A program made the translations under genes and the position numbers. The notes under the pieces were generated by a model that was not told the origin of the DNA, did not search any database, and was given only the letters and a program-made list of their open reading frames with translations. Shown here in pieces: positions 29,287-38,069 of a DNA stretch of 64,000 nucleotides (its first letter is position 1; each line of letters begins with the position of its first letter). This DNA comes from an uncultured Christensenella sp. (lineage in GTDB: Bacteria > Bacillota > Clostridia > Christensenellales > UBA3700): positions 25,076 through 89,075 of the forward strand of contig CASDWJ010000029.1 in the NCBI GenBank assembly GCA_949284695.1, in the 5' to 3' direction.

Positions 29287-29313
29287 ATAAAAAAGAGAGG
29301 CTCGCGCCTCTCC
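29287..29313 (-). terminator. terminator of the condensation-domain gene
   Basis: On the minus strand: AGAGAGGCGCGAGCCTCTCT followed by TTTTTAT. Confidence 0.65.
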
Positions 29314-29333
29314 TTTGCCGACGGGATCGCCCG

Positions 29334-30632
29334 TCAGATCTTTTCGTCTCCGTAATCGCGGATAAGTCCTGTCATATACTCGAGGAATTCTCTCATAGTC
29401 ACGAGGTCCTTGTCCGAGCATCTTTCCGATATCGTGAACGTCGCGGCGCCTTTAAACGTCGTGCAGGCGACCTGCATATACGGTTTAAACTTGACCGTGC
29501 CCGTCATAAACGCATGGGTTGCGGGAGCGTCGACAAGATCTATATATTCGCTCTTGATAATGCCTATATTGGACATTCCGACGAGCGGATTGGTATACCC
29601 TATCTTTACCGCCAGCTGCGATATCGCAAACGGGAAAGCCTGGAAAGCAAACGCCATCAACGGCAGTCCCGCAAGTCCGAGGAGATTGTTTTCCTTGTGC
29701 GGTCTCAGCGTATCTTTCACCCTTGAGAGCGTTTCTTCGAAGCTGTCACCCGCGCCCCCGGTCATTTTGCACGGCATATACGAGGTGAGGTTTGTGTAAC
29801 CTTCGGTATCGTTGCCTTTCAGATATCTGCGCAGATCGAGCATGGAGGTTATCTCTGTCGGAGTCTTGCCGTCCACCCCGTCGAAGAACTTGACTATTGC
29901 CCTGAAAAACGCGGCGAGATATATGTCGTTGACGGTATAACCGTTTTTCTTGCCTCTGATCTTTGCCTTTTCGAGCGCAGACGCCTCGAGGTCTACCCTC
30001 ATGATATGCGACTTGTCAGTGTCCTTGTCAGGCTCGAACGGAAATTTCAGCTTAATATTCGTCCTCGACACGTTTTTGTAAAGCATCTTCGCCTTCTTCG
30101 CGAGTTCGGGCGGAAGATCGCGGTATACCTGCTTTGCGCTTCTCGATCCGTTTTTGACCTTTGCGACGTAGTTCGGGTCAGCCTTGAGACCGTTGTAAGT
30201 CTCGCAGACCGTCTTGCCGAACGAGATAAAGTCTCTGCCGTCAAAGCACATATGGTTGATAAGGAAGCATATCATGCTCCTGCCCTTGCCCTTGAGCAAC
30301 GTAAACTCGAACTGCAGCTTGCCACTGCAATCTATTCTCCTTGTGAGTATCTTCTGTATCTGCGTGATAAAATCGTCGTCCTCGACTACGGTAAGCACGT
30401 CGGCGTCCGTATAGTCGTAATTCACTCGCCAATAAGGGCTGACGGGATTGGCGACAAAACTGCTGTGCAATACGTCGATCTTGTCGACGACCTGCTTGAG
30501 CGCCTTTCTCAGAACGGCTTCGTCTACAATGCCCTCGTATTCGAACGCGCAATGCATCATACCGTCGTAATAGTTCTTGAAAATGTACTGGACTTTGTCC
30601 CACATTTCGGCTTTGATAGTCTTGGTTTTCAA
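29334..30632 (-). CDS. stand-alone condensation/acyltransferase-like protein (HHxxxDG superfamily)
   Basis: 432 aa. FLINHMCFDGRDF is a variant of the HHxxxDG motif. The apparent TTG start at 30632 has AAGGAG 8 nt upstream. Confidence 0.5.
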   Translation of the reverse strand: MKTKTIKAEMWDKVQYIFKNYYDGMMHCAFEYEGIVDEAVLRKALKQVVDKIDVLHSSFVANPVSPYWRVNYDYTDADVLTVVEDDDFITQIQKILTRRIDCSGKLQFEFTLLKGKGRSMICFLINHMCFDGRDFISFGKTVCETYNGLKADPNYVAKVKNGSRSAKQVYRDLPPELAKKAKMLYKNVSRTNIKLKFPFEPDKDTDKSHIMRVDLEASALEKAKIRGKKNGYTVNDIYLAAFFRAIVKFFDGVDGKTPTEITSMLDLRRYLKGNDTEGYTNLTSYMPCKMTGGAGDSFEETLSRVKDTLRPHKENNLLGLAGLPLMAFAFQAFPFAISQLAVKIGYTNPLVGMSNIGIIKSEYIDLVDAPATHAFMTGTVKFKPYMQVACTTFKGAATFTISERCSDKDLVTMREFLEYMTGLIRDYGDEKI

Positions 30633-31029
30633 AATCTTTCTCCTTTACCACATTATTTCCGTTATTTAAGTCCGCCCCGTAAGTCAACCTAATGATATAT
30701 AATCTTTCGCGCAAGTGTCAAATAATTAACAAGCAAAGTGACGCAAAACAGACAAGCCCCCTGCAAATTCTCATTTTGCCCCAAACGCGTAATAATATGC
30801 AAACGCGACACAACTTGCCGCGCGCGTACACGTTGATCTCCTTTCCCCTTCTCCCCTTTACATCATTTTGAATCCGTGACGCGTGCTTGTCGCAAAGAAA
30901 AGCGACGGCGCTCTCGTATAAAGACAAGCGCACGCCTGCTAAGCTCCGGAAGGTCGTAGCAAAGAAAATCACGACTAAAATCTTTTTCAGGAATTTTCAT
31001 TTCCCGTTGACATTTGCATTTTTAAATCT

Positions 31030-31520
31030 GAAAATCCCTCTCCTGCTGTCAAGCAAAAAAGCCGAGGCTGTTCACCTCTGTAATAGAGGGATATTCGCTC
31101 AGCTATTTCCTGCGGCGGTGTGACCGCAACAAAGGTAAGCTTGCGCTGAACGTAACAGGTTGCAATAAGCGAAGCCTTCCTTTGCTGTCGCCCCGCGACC
31201 GCTTTTGATGAGGGTTCGTGTATCCCTCTCCTGCTGTCAAGCAAAAAAGCCGAGGCAGTTCAGCTCGGCAATAGAGGGATATTCGCTCAGCTATTCCCTG
31301 CACAGATTGCTTATCCCTGCCAACCGCGAAAGCGACCGCATATCGGGATTGTTTCGCTCAGCTACTCTCTGCTCAGGTTGGAAATTATTGCTGACCGCGA
31401 AAGCAACCGCTACGCGGATCGCCGCACCCAATCAACGCTAATGCTTTTGATGAGGGTTCATGTATCCCTCTCCTGCTGTCAAGCAAAAAAGCCGAGGCAG
31501 TTCAGCTCGGCTTTTTTGCT
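31030..31520. repeat. three copies of a terminator-containing repeat downstream of tRNA-Ser
   Basis: atccctctcctgctgtcaagcaaaaaagccgagg... starts at 31034, 31222 and 31464. Copies 1 and 2 continue with aatagagggatattcgctcagctat. Copy 3 continues into the tRNA 3' end. Sub-repeats tagctgagcgaa (3x, minus strand) and gagggatacaYgaaccctcatcaaaagc (2x, minus strand) are also present. Confidence 0.9.
31484..31518 (-). terminator. terminator of tRNA-Ser
   Basis: Stem gccgag / ctcggc with a 9-nt loop, flanked by aaaaaa and tttttt. Confidence 0.7.
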
Positions 31521-31610
31521 TGGCGCAGAGAGAGGGATTCGAACCCTCGGTTGACTTTCATCAACACAGCATTTCGAGTGCTGCACCATCGACCTCTCGG
31601 ACATCTCTGC
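31521..31610 (-). tRNA. tRNA-Ser (anticodon CGA), encoded CCA
   Basis: The reverse complement folds by hand: acceptor GCAGAGA/TCTCTGC, anticodon stem CAGCA/TGCTG with loop CT-CGA-AA, a long variable arm, T-arm GAGGG-TTCGAAT-CCCTC, discriminator G, then CCA. Length is 90 nt. Confidence 0.9.
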
Positions 31611-31620
31611 GTGCTATGAT

Positions 31621-31649
31621 ATTGTACAATATCCGAATGGATTTGGCAA
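31621..31649 (-). promoter_or_regulatory. tRNA-Ser promoter
   Basis: On the minus strand: TTGCCA, a 17-nt spacer, then TACAAT. It ends about 10 nt before the mature tRNA 5' end. Confidence 0.5.
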
Positions 31650-31746
31650 ACGATATTGACCAAAATTTTAAATGACGCGCAAATTATCGGCGGGGCAAAG
31701 ACTTATACTCCGCCCCGTCCGTTTTGCGTGTTATACGTACTATACG

Positions 31747-32787
31747 TCAGACTATACCGCAAGCCGCCTTAAAGTCCTCGAGCTTGTCGGCTTTTACAGT
31801 CCCCTTGTCCACGTTGAGCGACAGTATCGTATGTATCGCCGCTTTGCTCGAAACGGAGCAATCGGTCACGTCGTCCGCGATAAAGTCTTTCATCACCACG
31901 TTGACGTCGGCGAGTTTATCCGCATCCTTGGCGACTACGTTTTTGAGATAATCGTCGAGCACGGGACGTATCAGCGCTTCTCTGCCCTCGAGCGGAGAGC
32001 CTGTGAGCTGACTTTGAAGCACAAAGAAAACACCGTCCTTCTTAACCGCAAAATATTTTTCCCATTGCGCCTTGAGTTTGTCTGTATCTCCTTTATGCTC
32101 GCTTCCCTGATAGTCGGATTGCAGATATACGCTTCTTTCAAACAGCCAGTCATGTTTCTCGCATATGTCGCTCGAAGTGTCCTTGTAAATGACGATTATG
32201 TTTTTGCCAAGCTCTCTCATCTTTCCGAAAGACACGGTAGTGGGATCTGCTACGTCTGTCTTTCTCAGCACTTTATCCATTGGAAGGAGGCTTTCGACAA
32301 ATTCGACAAGCCCTTCTTCGGTAGCCGTCCAGCTGTGCTGAAAGTCGAGTATCAGAACTTCTTCGGGATTGCTCTCGACAAAAGTCTTGATCGCTTCCAT
32401 ACTTTCTTCTACCAACTGACCGCAAGCGTTTTCAAGCACGGGCTTATTGCTGTCGGCGTGAACGAAATAATAAGTGTCCGTATTTCCCGAAACAGGCTTT
32501 GACGCACGAAAGTCGAAATATCTTGCGCCGGCTTTGAGCTGATTTTCGATCTTGCTGTGTTGTGTCTCCCACATCTTGTCTGCCCCCATCGTACCCGCGT
32601 CGTGCGCACCGGGCATCACGACGTCGCTGACGAGCGCTTCGTCGGATATATAACTCATCCATTGTTCTTCAAAAGTCTTTTCCACAGTCTCATCCTCTGC
32701 GCACGCGACGAACGCGAAAACCGCGATCGCGATGATCGCCGCCGCAACGATCGTTTTAAAGATCCTGCCTCTAAATATATTTTTCAT
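31747..32787 (-). CDS. lipoprotein with PI-PLC X-domain-like (PLC-like phosphodiesterase) fold
   Basis: 346 aa from the ATG at 32787 (GGAGGG RBS). Lipobox FAFVAC. MPGAHDAGT and GARYFDFR resemble the PGTHDSGT and GiRYfDiR motifs of bacterial PI-PLC. Confidence 0.6.
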   Translation of the reverse strand: MKNIFRGRIFKTIVAAAIIAIAVFAFVACAEDETVEKTFEEQWMSYISDEALVSDVVMPGAHDAGTMGADKMWETQHSKIENQLKAGARYFDFRASKPVSGNTDTYYFVHADSNKPVLENACGQLVEESMEAIKTFVESNPEEVLILDFQHSWTATEEGLVEFVESLLPMDKVLRKTDVADPTTVSFGKMRELGKNIIVIYKDTSSDICEKHDWLFERSVYLQSDYQGSEHKGDTDKLKAQWEKYFAVKKDGVFFVLQSQLTGSPLEGREALIRPVLDDYLKNVVAKDADKLADVNVVMKDFIADDVTDCSVSSKAAIHTILSLNVDKGTVKADKLEDFKAACGIV

Positions 32788-32844
32788 AATACAACCCTCC
32801 GACGTTATGATATCATAAAACCTGAGGTTTGACAACATTTGTTT

Positions 32845-34182
32845 TTAAAATTCTTTCCGTTCATTCTCTCCCGTCACGTGCGGGCGGTCGGTTTCCCTTT
32901 CGGCGGGCGCGATCTCCCCGTCGGAGAGAGACTCCGCCGCTTCTCCGCTCTCCGCTTGCAGGGCGGCTTCACTCTCCACGACACGAAGCGACGGTTTGAC
33001 GCAGCTGAATATGTTGCCCTTTCTTATCAGCAGATCGGTGAGCAACGCACCGAGCGGCGCGGTGAATATTATCGCTATCACGGCAACGGCGAGCACAGTA
33101 TGTCCGCATGCAAGTCCCATCGCGAGAGGCACGCCGCCTATCGCCGCCTGCACCGTCGCTTTGGGCATATACGCGACCACGCAGAACAGCCTCTCTTTTA
33201 CCGACAATTTCGTCTTTATCAGACAGCACAGCACTCCCGCCGCCCTGAATGCCAGTCCGCAAACGAGCATGAGCAATATCCACCCGAGCGACTTTGCCGC
33301 ATACGACAAGTCTACGCTCGCGCCAACGAGCACGAACAGCATGATCTCTGCGGCGATCCACAACTTGGAGAACTTGGACGAAAGCCTGACCGCGACGACC
33401 TCGCGTTTTTTTCTGAACGCCATACCGAAGCCCATGACGGCGAGAAGTCCGGAAAAAGGCACGACGTCTCCCCACAGCTGTTGCGCGGCGACGCAGAACA
33501 GGCAAAAACACAATATCAGCAAAGCCTTGAGCGAATCGCACATATGTATTTTGGAACAAGCGTATCCGAACGCGACGCCGACGAGCGCGCCGACAGCCGC
33601 GCCGAAAACTATCGAAAGCGGTATGCCCGCAAAGCTCCAGACCGAAGCGCTTCCGCCGTCCGCCATAGACGAAAAAGCGGTAAAAAGCACGATGACGAAC
33701 ACGTCGTCGACCGAGGCTCCCGCCATTATCATCTGCGGTATGCCCTTGTCTGCCCCGAGTCCTTTTTCCTGCATCAGCAACATGCGCGGTATGACCACCG
33801 CGGGAGATACTGCCGCAACGACCGTGCCTATGATCGCCGCTTCGACGTAGCTGACATTGAGAAAGATCGGCGCGAATATCACCATTGCGCATATCTCAAA
33901 ACACGCGGGCACGAAGCAAAGCAAAAGCGCGGGTCTGCCGATTTTTCTGAGGTCGTTCACGTCGAGCGCAAGTCCGGCGCGAAGCACTATGATTATCAGC
34001 GCGATCTGTCTGAGGTCGGCGGAGATCGCGAGTATAGACCCGTCGATCAGATCGAGCGCATAAGGTCCGAGCACTATGCCCGCGGCGAGCATACCGATAA
34101 GCGGCGGAAGCCTGAGAGCTTTCGCTATCTGCGAAAACGCAAAGCCGAGAGAAAAAATGAGCGCGATACTCAGCAGGAACAT
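32845..34182 (-). CDS. cation:proton antiporter (Na+/H+ exchanger family)
   Basis: 445 aa from the ATG at 34182 (GGAGGA RBS). About 12 TM segments. LPPLIGMLAAGIVLGP is a typical CPA N-terminus. Confidence 0.8.
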   Translation of the reverse strand: MFLLSIALIFSLGFAFSQIAKALRLPPLIGMLAAGIVLGPYALDLIDGSILAISADLRQIALIIIVLRAGLALDVNDLRKIGRPALLLCFVPACFEICAMVIFAPIFLNVSYVEAAIIGTVVAAVSPAVVIPRMLLMQEKGLGADKGIPQMIMAGASVDDVFVIVLFTAFSSMADGGSASVWSFAGIPLSIVFGAAVGALVGVAFGYACSKIHMCDSLKALLILCFCLFCVAAQQLWGDVVPFSGLLAVMGFGMAFRKKREVVAVRLSSKFSKLWIAAEIMLFVLVGASVDLSYAAKSLGWILLMLVCGLAFRAAGVLCCLIKTKLSVKERLFCVVAYMPKATVQAAIGGVPLAMGLACGHTVLAVAVIAIIFTAPLGALLTDLLIRKGNIFSCVKPSLRVVESEAALQAESGEAAESLSDGEIAPAERETDRPHVTGENERKEF

Positions 34183-34457
34183 ATCTTTGTCCTCCAAAAA
34201 AAATTGCCGACGGTTCCGCAACTTGCGCGGGCGTCGGCGACCCTCGCGCAAAAGCAGAAGTCATCAGCATGAAAGCGGTTCGGGCTATCGCCCCGGGAGG
34301 ACTTCATCCCCGTTCTTATTGTCAACGTAATTTTATCGCCGCCGTCGGATTTTGACAACCGTTGCAACTACATTTTCTCAGAAAGATCGGAAAGCGCTTT
34401 GTCTGTCTTCGTCTCTCTTTTACAATTTAAAAAATTTTCGTGCCCGTGTAGCTTTTA

Positions 34458-36419
34458 TCATATTTCTTCTATGCAATATCCGTACGGTGAGATCACCTTG
34501 CCGTCGAACGATACCGCTTCATCGTTGTGATTTATCGTGATCCTGACACCGCCTGCCGTGCCCTTTCTGACGACGCTCTCCACTCCTGCGGGAGTGTAGA
34601 AAGTCGCGACGCGACAAAAAGCGCAGACCTTTTGCGCGACGTCGTCGAGCACGCTGTCCTCAGGCGAGCACGCTATATAGAACGCAAGCCCGTTGCCGTA
34701 TCTGTTTTTTGTGACCGCCGCGCCGCCTCTGAAGAAATCGTCGTCGTAGCCGTACAACGTCTCTGCGGTCGTGACTGTGCATTTTTCCCTGAACACTCCC
34801 GCGAATGCGCATCTTTCGGCTGCCGCGCCGTAGCCTTTCAGCTTTGCGCCGTTTTGCTCCCACATGCTCTCGCTCTCGTCGACGGTGAGCCCGAAAAGAC
34901 CTGTCAGCCCTACCGGTAGTTTTTCTCCGAACACCAGGTTGTTGTCCTCGTCCTTGACCGACGTGCGGAAGGTCGCGACGACCGCGCCGCCGCCCGCGAC
35001 GAAAGTTTTCAGCCTTTCGCGTACCTCGGGTCTGCATATCACCATATTGGGCACTATGACCGCCTTGTAGCGTTCGAAGCAGTCGCAGGCGGGGATCACG
35101 TCCACTGGCACGTTGAGCCTGAAAAACGCCGCGTGAAGTCTTTGCATTTCTCTTTCGCCGTCGAATATCTCACTCTGTCTCTGCAACCTGAAAGAAGCGA
35201 GAGAGTCGAAGTCGTAGATCATACATATATCCGCTTTCAACGGCGAATCTGTCTTGCCGTCAAGCGCTTTGAAGTTCCTGAAAAAACGCTGCGCCTCTCG
35301 CCACTTTCTGCCCTCGGTATCGTCGGCGTCGATCAGACCGTAGCAATATTGTTCCGCGCCCTTGACAGCGCCGCGGTACCTGAAGAATACGAGCCCGTCG
35401 CAACCTCTTGCGACAGCCTGCATCGCCCATGCTTCCGCCTGACCGGGTCGCGGCACGAAACCGGTCACGTCGTGCCCCTGCGCGCCCATTATCGCCTCCG
35501 TTATCCAGAAGTTGTCCCCCTTGAGTCCTCTGATATAGTCGAGCGCAAACGCGGTCTCGTCGGGCGACAGAGGTTTTCTCTGCCCTCCCCATACGGGATA
35601 ATTGTTGTAAGCCGTCTTGTCTATGACGCGCGCAACGGCGGCGTAATCGAGACTCTTTGTTAGTCCTCCGCCGGAAAAGTCGTGTATCACCAAAGCCGTC
35701 GGTATAACGCTTTTTATCACGTCGACCTGCATACGTGCAAAGTCGCGTATCTTGTCCGAACAGAATCTCTCCCAGTCAAGTCTCAGCGACGGGTTGTGCA
35801 CGGTTATCGTCGCGTTGGGCGCGTTGATCTCGTCGAAAGAGTTGTACTGCTGACTCCAGAACGCGGTGCCGTATCTTTCGTTGAGCGCGGCGACGTCGCC
35901 GTACTTTTTCTCAAGCCATTTTCTGAAGCCGACGACGCACTTTTCGCACCAGCAGACGTCGCTCCCCTCGTGCCCGAGTTCGTTGTCGATCTGCCAGGCG
36001 ATTATCGCGTCCTCGTCGCGGTAGTGCTCCGCAAGTTTTCTGACGATGCGCCGCGAGCGATCGACGTAGACTTCGCTCGAATAGCAGCACGTATGCCGTC
36101 CGCCGTACGTCCTGACCGTGCCGTCGCGGAACTTCGAAGCGACCTCGGGGTATCTCCTCGCAAGCCATGCCGGCGCGGTCGCGGTCGGCGTGCCGAAGAT
36201 AACTCTGAGCTCTCTTTTCTTCGCTTCTTCTATAACTTTGTCGAAAAAGGAGAAGTCGTACTCTCCCTCCTCGCGCTCCATTATATGCCAGCCGAATTCG
36301 GCTATCCTTACCGTATCGCAACCCAGCCCGACTATCCTGTCGAGATCCCCGGACATAAGCGACTCGTCCCATTGCTCGGGATAATAAGCGACTCCGGCTA
36401 TCGTCGCCACTTCTTTCAT
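34458..36419 (-). CDS. beta-galactosidase, GH42
   Basis: GVAYYPEQWDE..., RIAEFGWHIMEREEGEYDF and WQIDNELG are GH42 hallmarks. ATGA-coupled to the upstream transporter. Confidence 0.9.
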   Translation of the reverse strand: MKEVATIAGVAYYPEQWDESLMSGDLDRIVGLGCDTVRIAEFGWHIMEREEGEYDFSFFDKVIEEAKKRELRVIFGTPTATAPAWLARRYPEVASKFRDGTVRTYGGRHTCCYSSEVYVDRSRRIVRKLAEHYRDEDAIIAWQIDNELGHEGSDVCWCEKCVVGFRKWLEKKYGDVAALNERYGTAFWSQQYNSFDEINAPNATITVHNPSLRLDWERFCSDKIRDFARMQVDVIKSVIPTALVIHDFSGGGLTKSLDYAAVARVIDKTAYNNYPVWGGQRKPLSPDETAFALDYIRGLKGDNFWITEAIMGAQGHDVTGFVPRPGQAEAWAMQAVARGCDGLVFFRYRGAVKGAEQYCYGLIDADDTEGRKWREAQRFFRNFKALDGKTDSPLKADICMIYDFDSLASFRLQRQSEIFDGEREMQRLHAAFFRLNVPVDVIPACDCFERYKAVIVPNMVICRPEVRERLKTFVAGGGAVVATFRTSVKDEDNNLVFGEKLPVGLTGLFGLTVDESESMWEQNGAKLKGYGAAAERCAFAGVFREKCTVTTAETLYGYDDDFFRGGAAVTKNRYGNGLAFYIACSPEDSVLDDVAQKVCAFCRVATFYTPAGVESVVRKGTAGGVRITINHNDEAVSFDGKVISPYGYCIEEI

Positions 36420-37867
36420 ATCTGACCTCCGTCGTCGGGTTTTTTCGTACCCGTGTTGTTTATTTCAATATTTTCGACATCTTCGCCGCCTGTATCGCTG
36501 CTTCCGCCGCGCTGCTTTCTCACGTCGAGTTCTGCAAGTATTCTGCGATAATTCTTATCGCCCAGCCTGTACCCTTTCAGATAGACGGCAAGGCAGACGA
36601 GCATTAGCAAAGCGGGGACGGCGATCATTATTATCCTCATTCCCGCGACCGTCGTCGCCGACTGCACCTTGTTCGCCTCGTAACCTATCACCTTGAGACC
36701 TATGCCCGATACGAGCGCGCTGAACGCACCCGCGAACTTGACGACAAAGGTCTGCGTAGAGAACAGCACGCTCTCGTTCCTCGACCCCATTTTGTACTCT
36801 CCGTAATCGACGACTTCCGAGAGTATGACCGTGAGTATCACGAGCATGAATCCTATGCCGATATTCACGACTACGCTCGACAGCGCGACCCACACCGCGC
36901 TCGTCGGCGCGAAATAACCCGCCGCGAAAAGGAGCGCGAACCCCGCCGCGGGGAGCAGACACGCGAGTATGAACAACAGCTTCTTGCCCACCTTTTTGCC
37001 GAGTATCGGGTAGCCGAGGAGCGCGCCCATCTGCGCGAATCCCGCGACCAGAGTGTAGACCGAGAACAGTTCGTCCTCTACCCCGCAGACGTACTCGAAG
37101 TAGTAGAGCGCAAAGCTGTTGGAGAGCTGATAAGCTATATTGAAAAACAGCGCGATCAGCAATACGACGAGCACCTGATCGTTTTTGAAAAGCACTTTCA
37201 TCATCTTTTTCAGATCTGTCTTTTCGCCGCTGCCCGACGTCGCGACGACCTTCTCGCGGACGTTGAAAACCGTTACGAGCGAGGAGACGACGAATATCAC
37301 GGCGACCGCTATCGCAAAACGCGAAAATCCGAGCGTCCTGCTCTCTCCGCCAAGGTATTTGACGATATAAAGCCCTCCCGAGCCGACGATGAGCCACGCC
37401 ATACTCGCGAAAAAGCGCGGTATAGCGCTGATCTGATTGCGCTCGTTTTCGTCGCTTGTCAGCGCGGGCACCATGCTCCAGTAAGGAATGTCCATCAGCG
37501 TATAGGTCATGCCCCACAGCACGTACATAAACCCGACGTAGACGGCGTACCGCGTCGGAGACAGATCTACGTCGGCGTACATCGCTATCAGCACCGCCGC
37601 GTTTATCAGCGTGCCGACGAGTATCCAGGGTCTGAACTTGCCCCAGCGTGTGCGCGTGTTGTCGACGATAATACCCATAAAGGTATCGTTTACCGCGTCC
37701 CATATTCTTGCGGCGGCGAACAGCACCGCAACGAATACGGGATCCGCAAGTCTGTAATCGGTCAGGTACTTCATAAAAAATGTGGATACGATCGCATAAA
37801 CCATATCCTTGCCGAAAGCGCCTATACCGAACGAAATTTTGCTTTTCCAGCTGAGTTTTTCCTGCAT
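36416..37867 (-). CDS. glycoside-pentoside-hexuronide (GPH):cation symporter
   Basis: 12-TM MFS-like protein. GPH signature RIWDAVNDTFMGIIVDNTRTRWGKFRPWIL. Confidence 0.85.
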   Translation of the reverse strand: MQEKLSWKSKISFGIGAFGKDMVYAIVSTFFMKYLTDYRLADPVFVAVLFAAARIWDAVNDTFMGIIVDNTRTRWGKFRPWILVGTLINAAVLIAMYADVDLSPTRYAVYVGFMYVLWGMTYTLMDIPYWSMVPALTSDENERNQISAIPRFFASMAWLIVGSGGLYIVKYLGGESRTLGFSRFAIAVAVIFVVSSLVTVFNVREKVVATSGSGEKTDLKKMMKVLFKNDQVLVVLLIALFFNIAYQLSNSFALYYFEYVCGVEDELFSVYTLVAGFAQMGALLGYPILGKKVGKKLLFILACLLPAAGFALLFAAGYFAPTSAVWVALSSVVVNIGIGFMLVILTVILSEVVDYGEYKMGSRNESVLFSTQTFVVKFAGAFSALVSGIGLKVIGYEANKVQSATTVAGMRIIMIAVPALLMLVCLAVYLKGYRLGDKNYRRILAELDVRKQRGGSSDTGGEDVENIEINNTGTKKPDDGGQI

Positions 37868-38069
37868 AATTTCTCCAATAAGTTATGTACGTCTCAACTC
37901 CCGCAAGAAAAGTTTTTCCCCATTATGCAAAAAAATACCGCCGCAACGCCCTCTCCTCTGCATTTTGAGAAAAATACGACCGCAAAGCGTTGCCGCCCGT
38001 TTTTCACGTTTTTATATTTTGCGTTGACTAATCACCGTATATAATTTAAAATAGATGTGTGAGGTGACT

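Noticed and set aside
31030-31480. Additional tRNA genes or tRNA pseudogenes in the repeats beside tRNA-Ser.
   Set aside because: Only short 3'-end-like and T-arm-like fragments are present. No acceptor/D/anticodon cloverleaf can be drawn.
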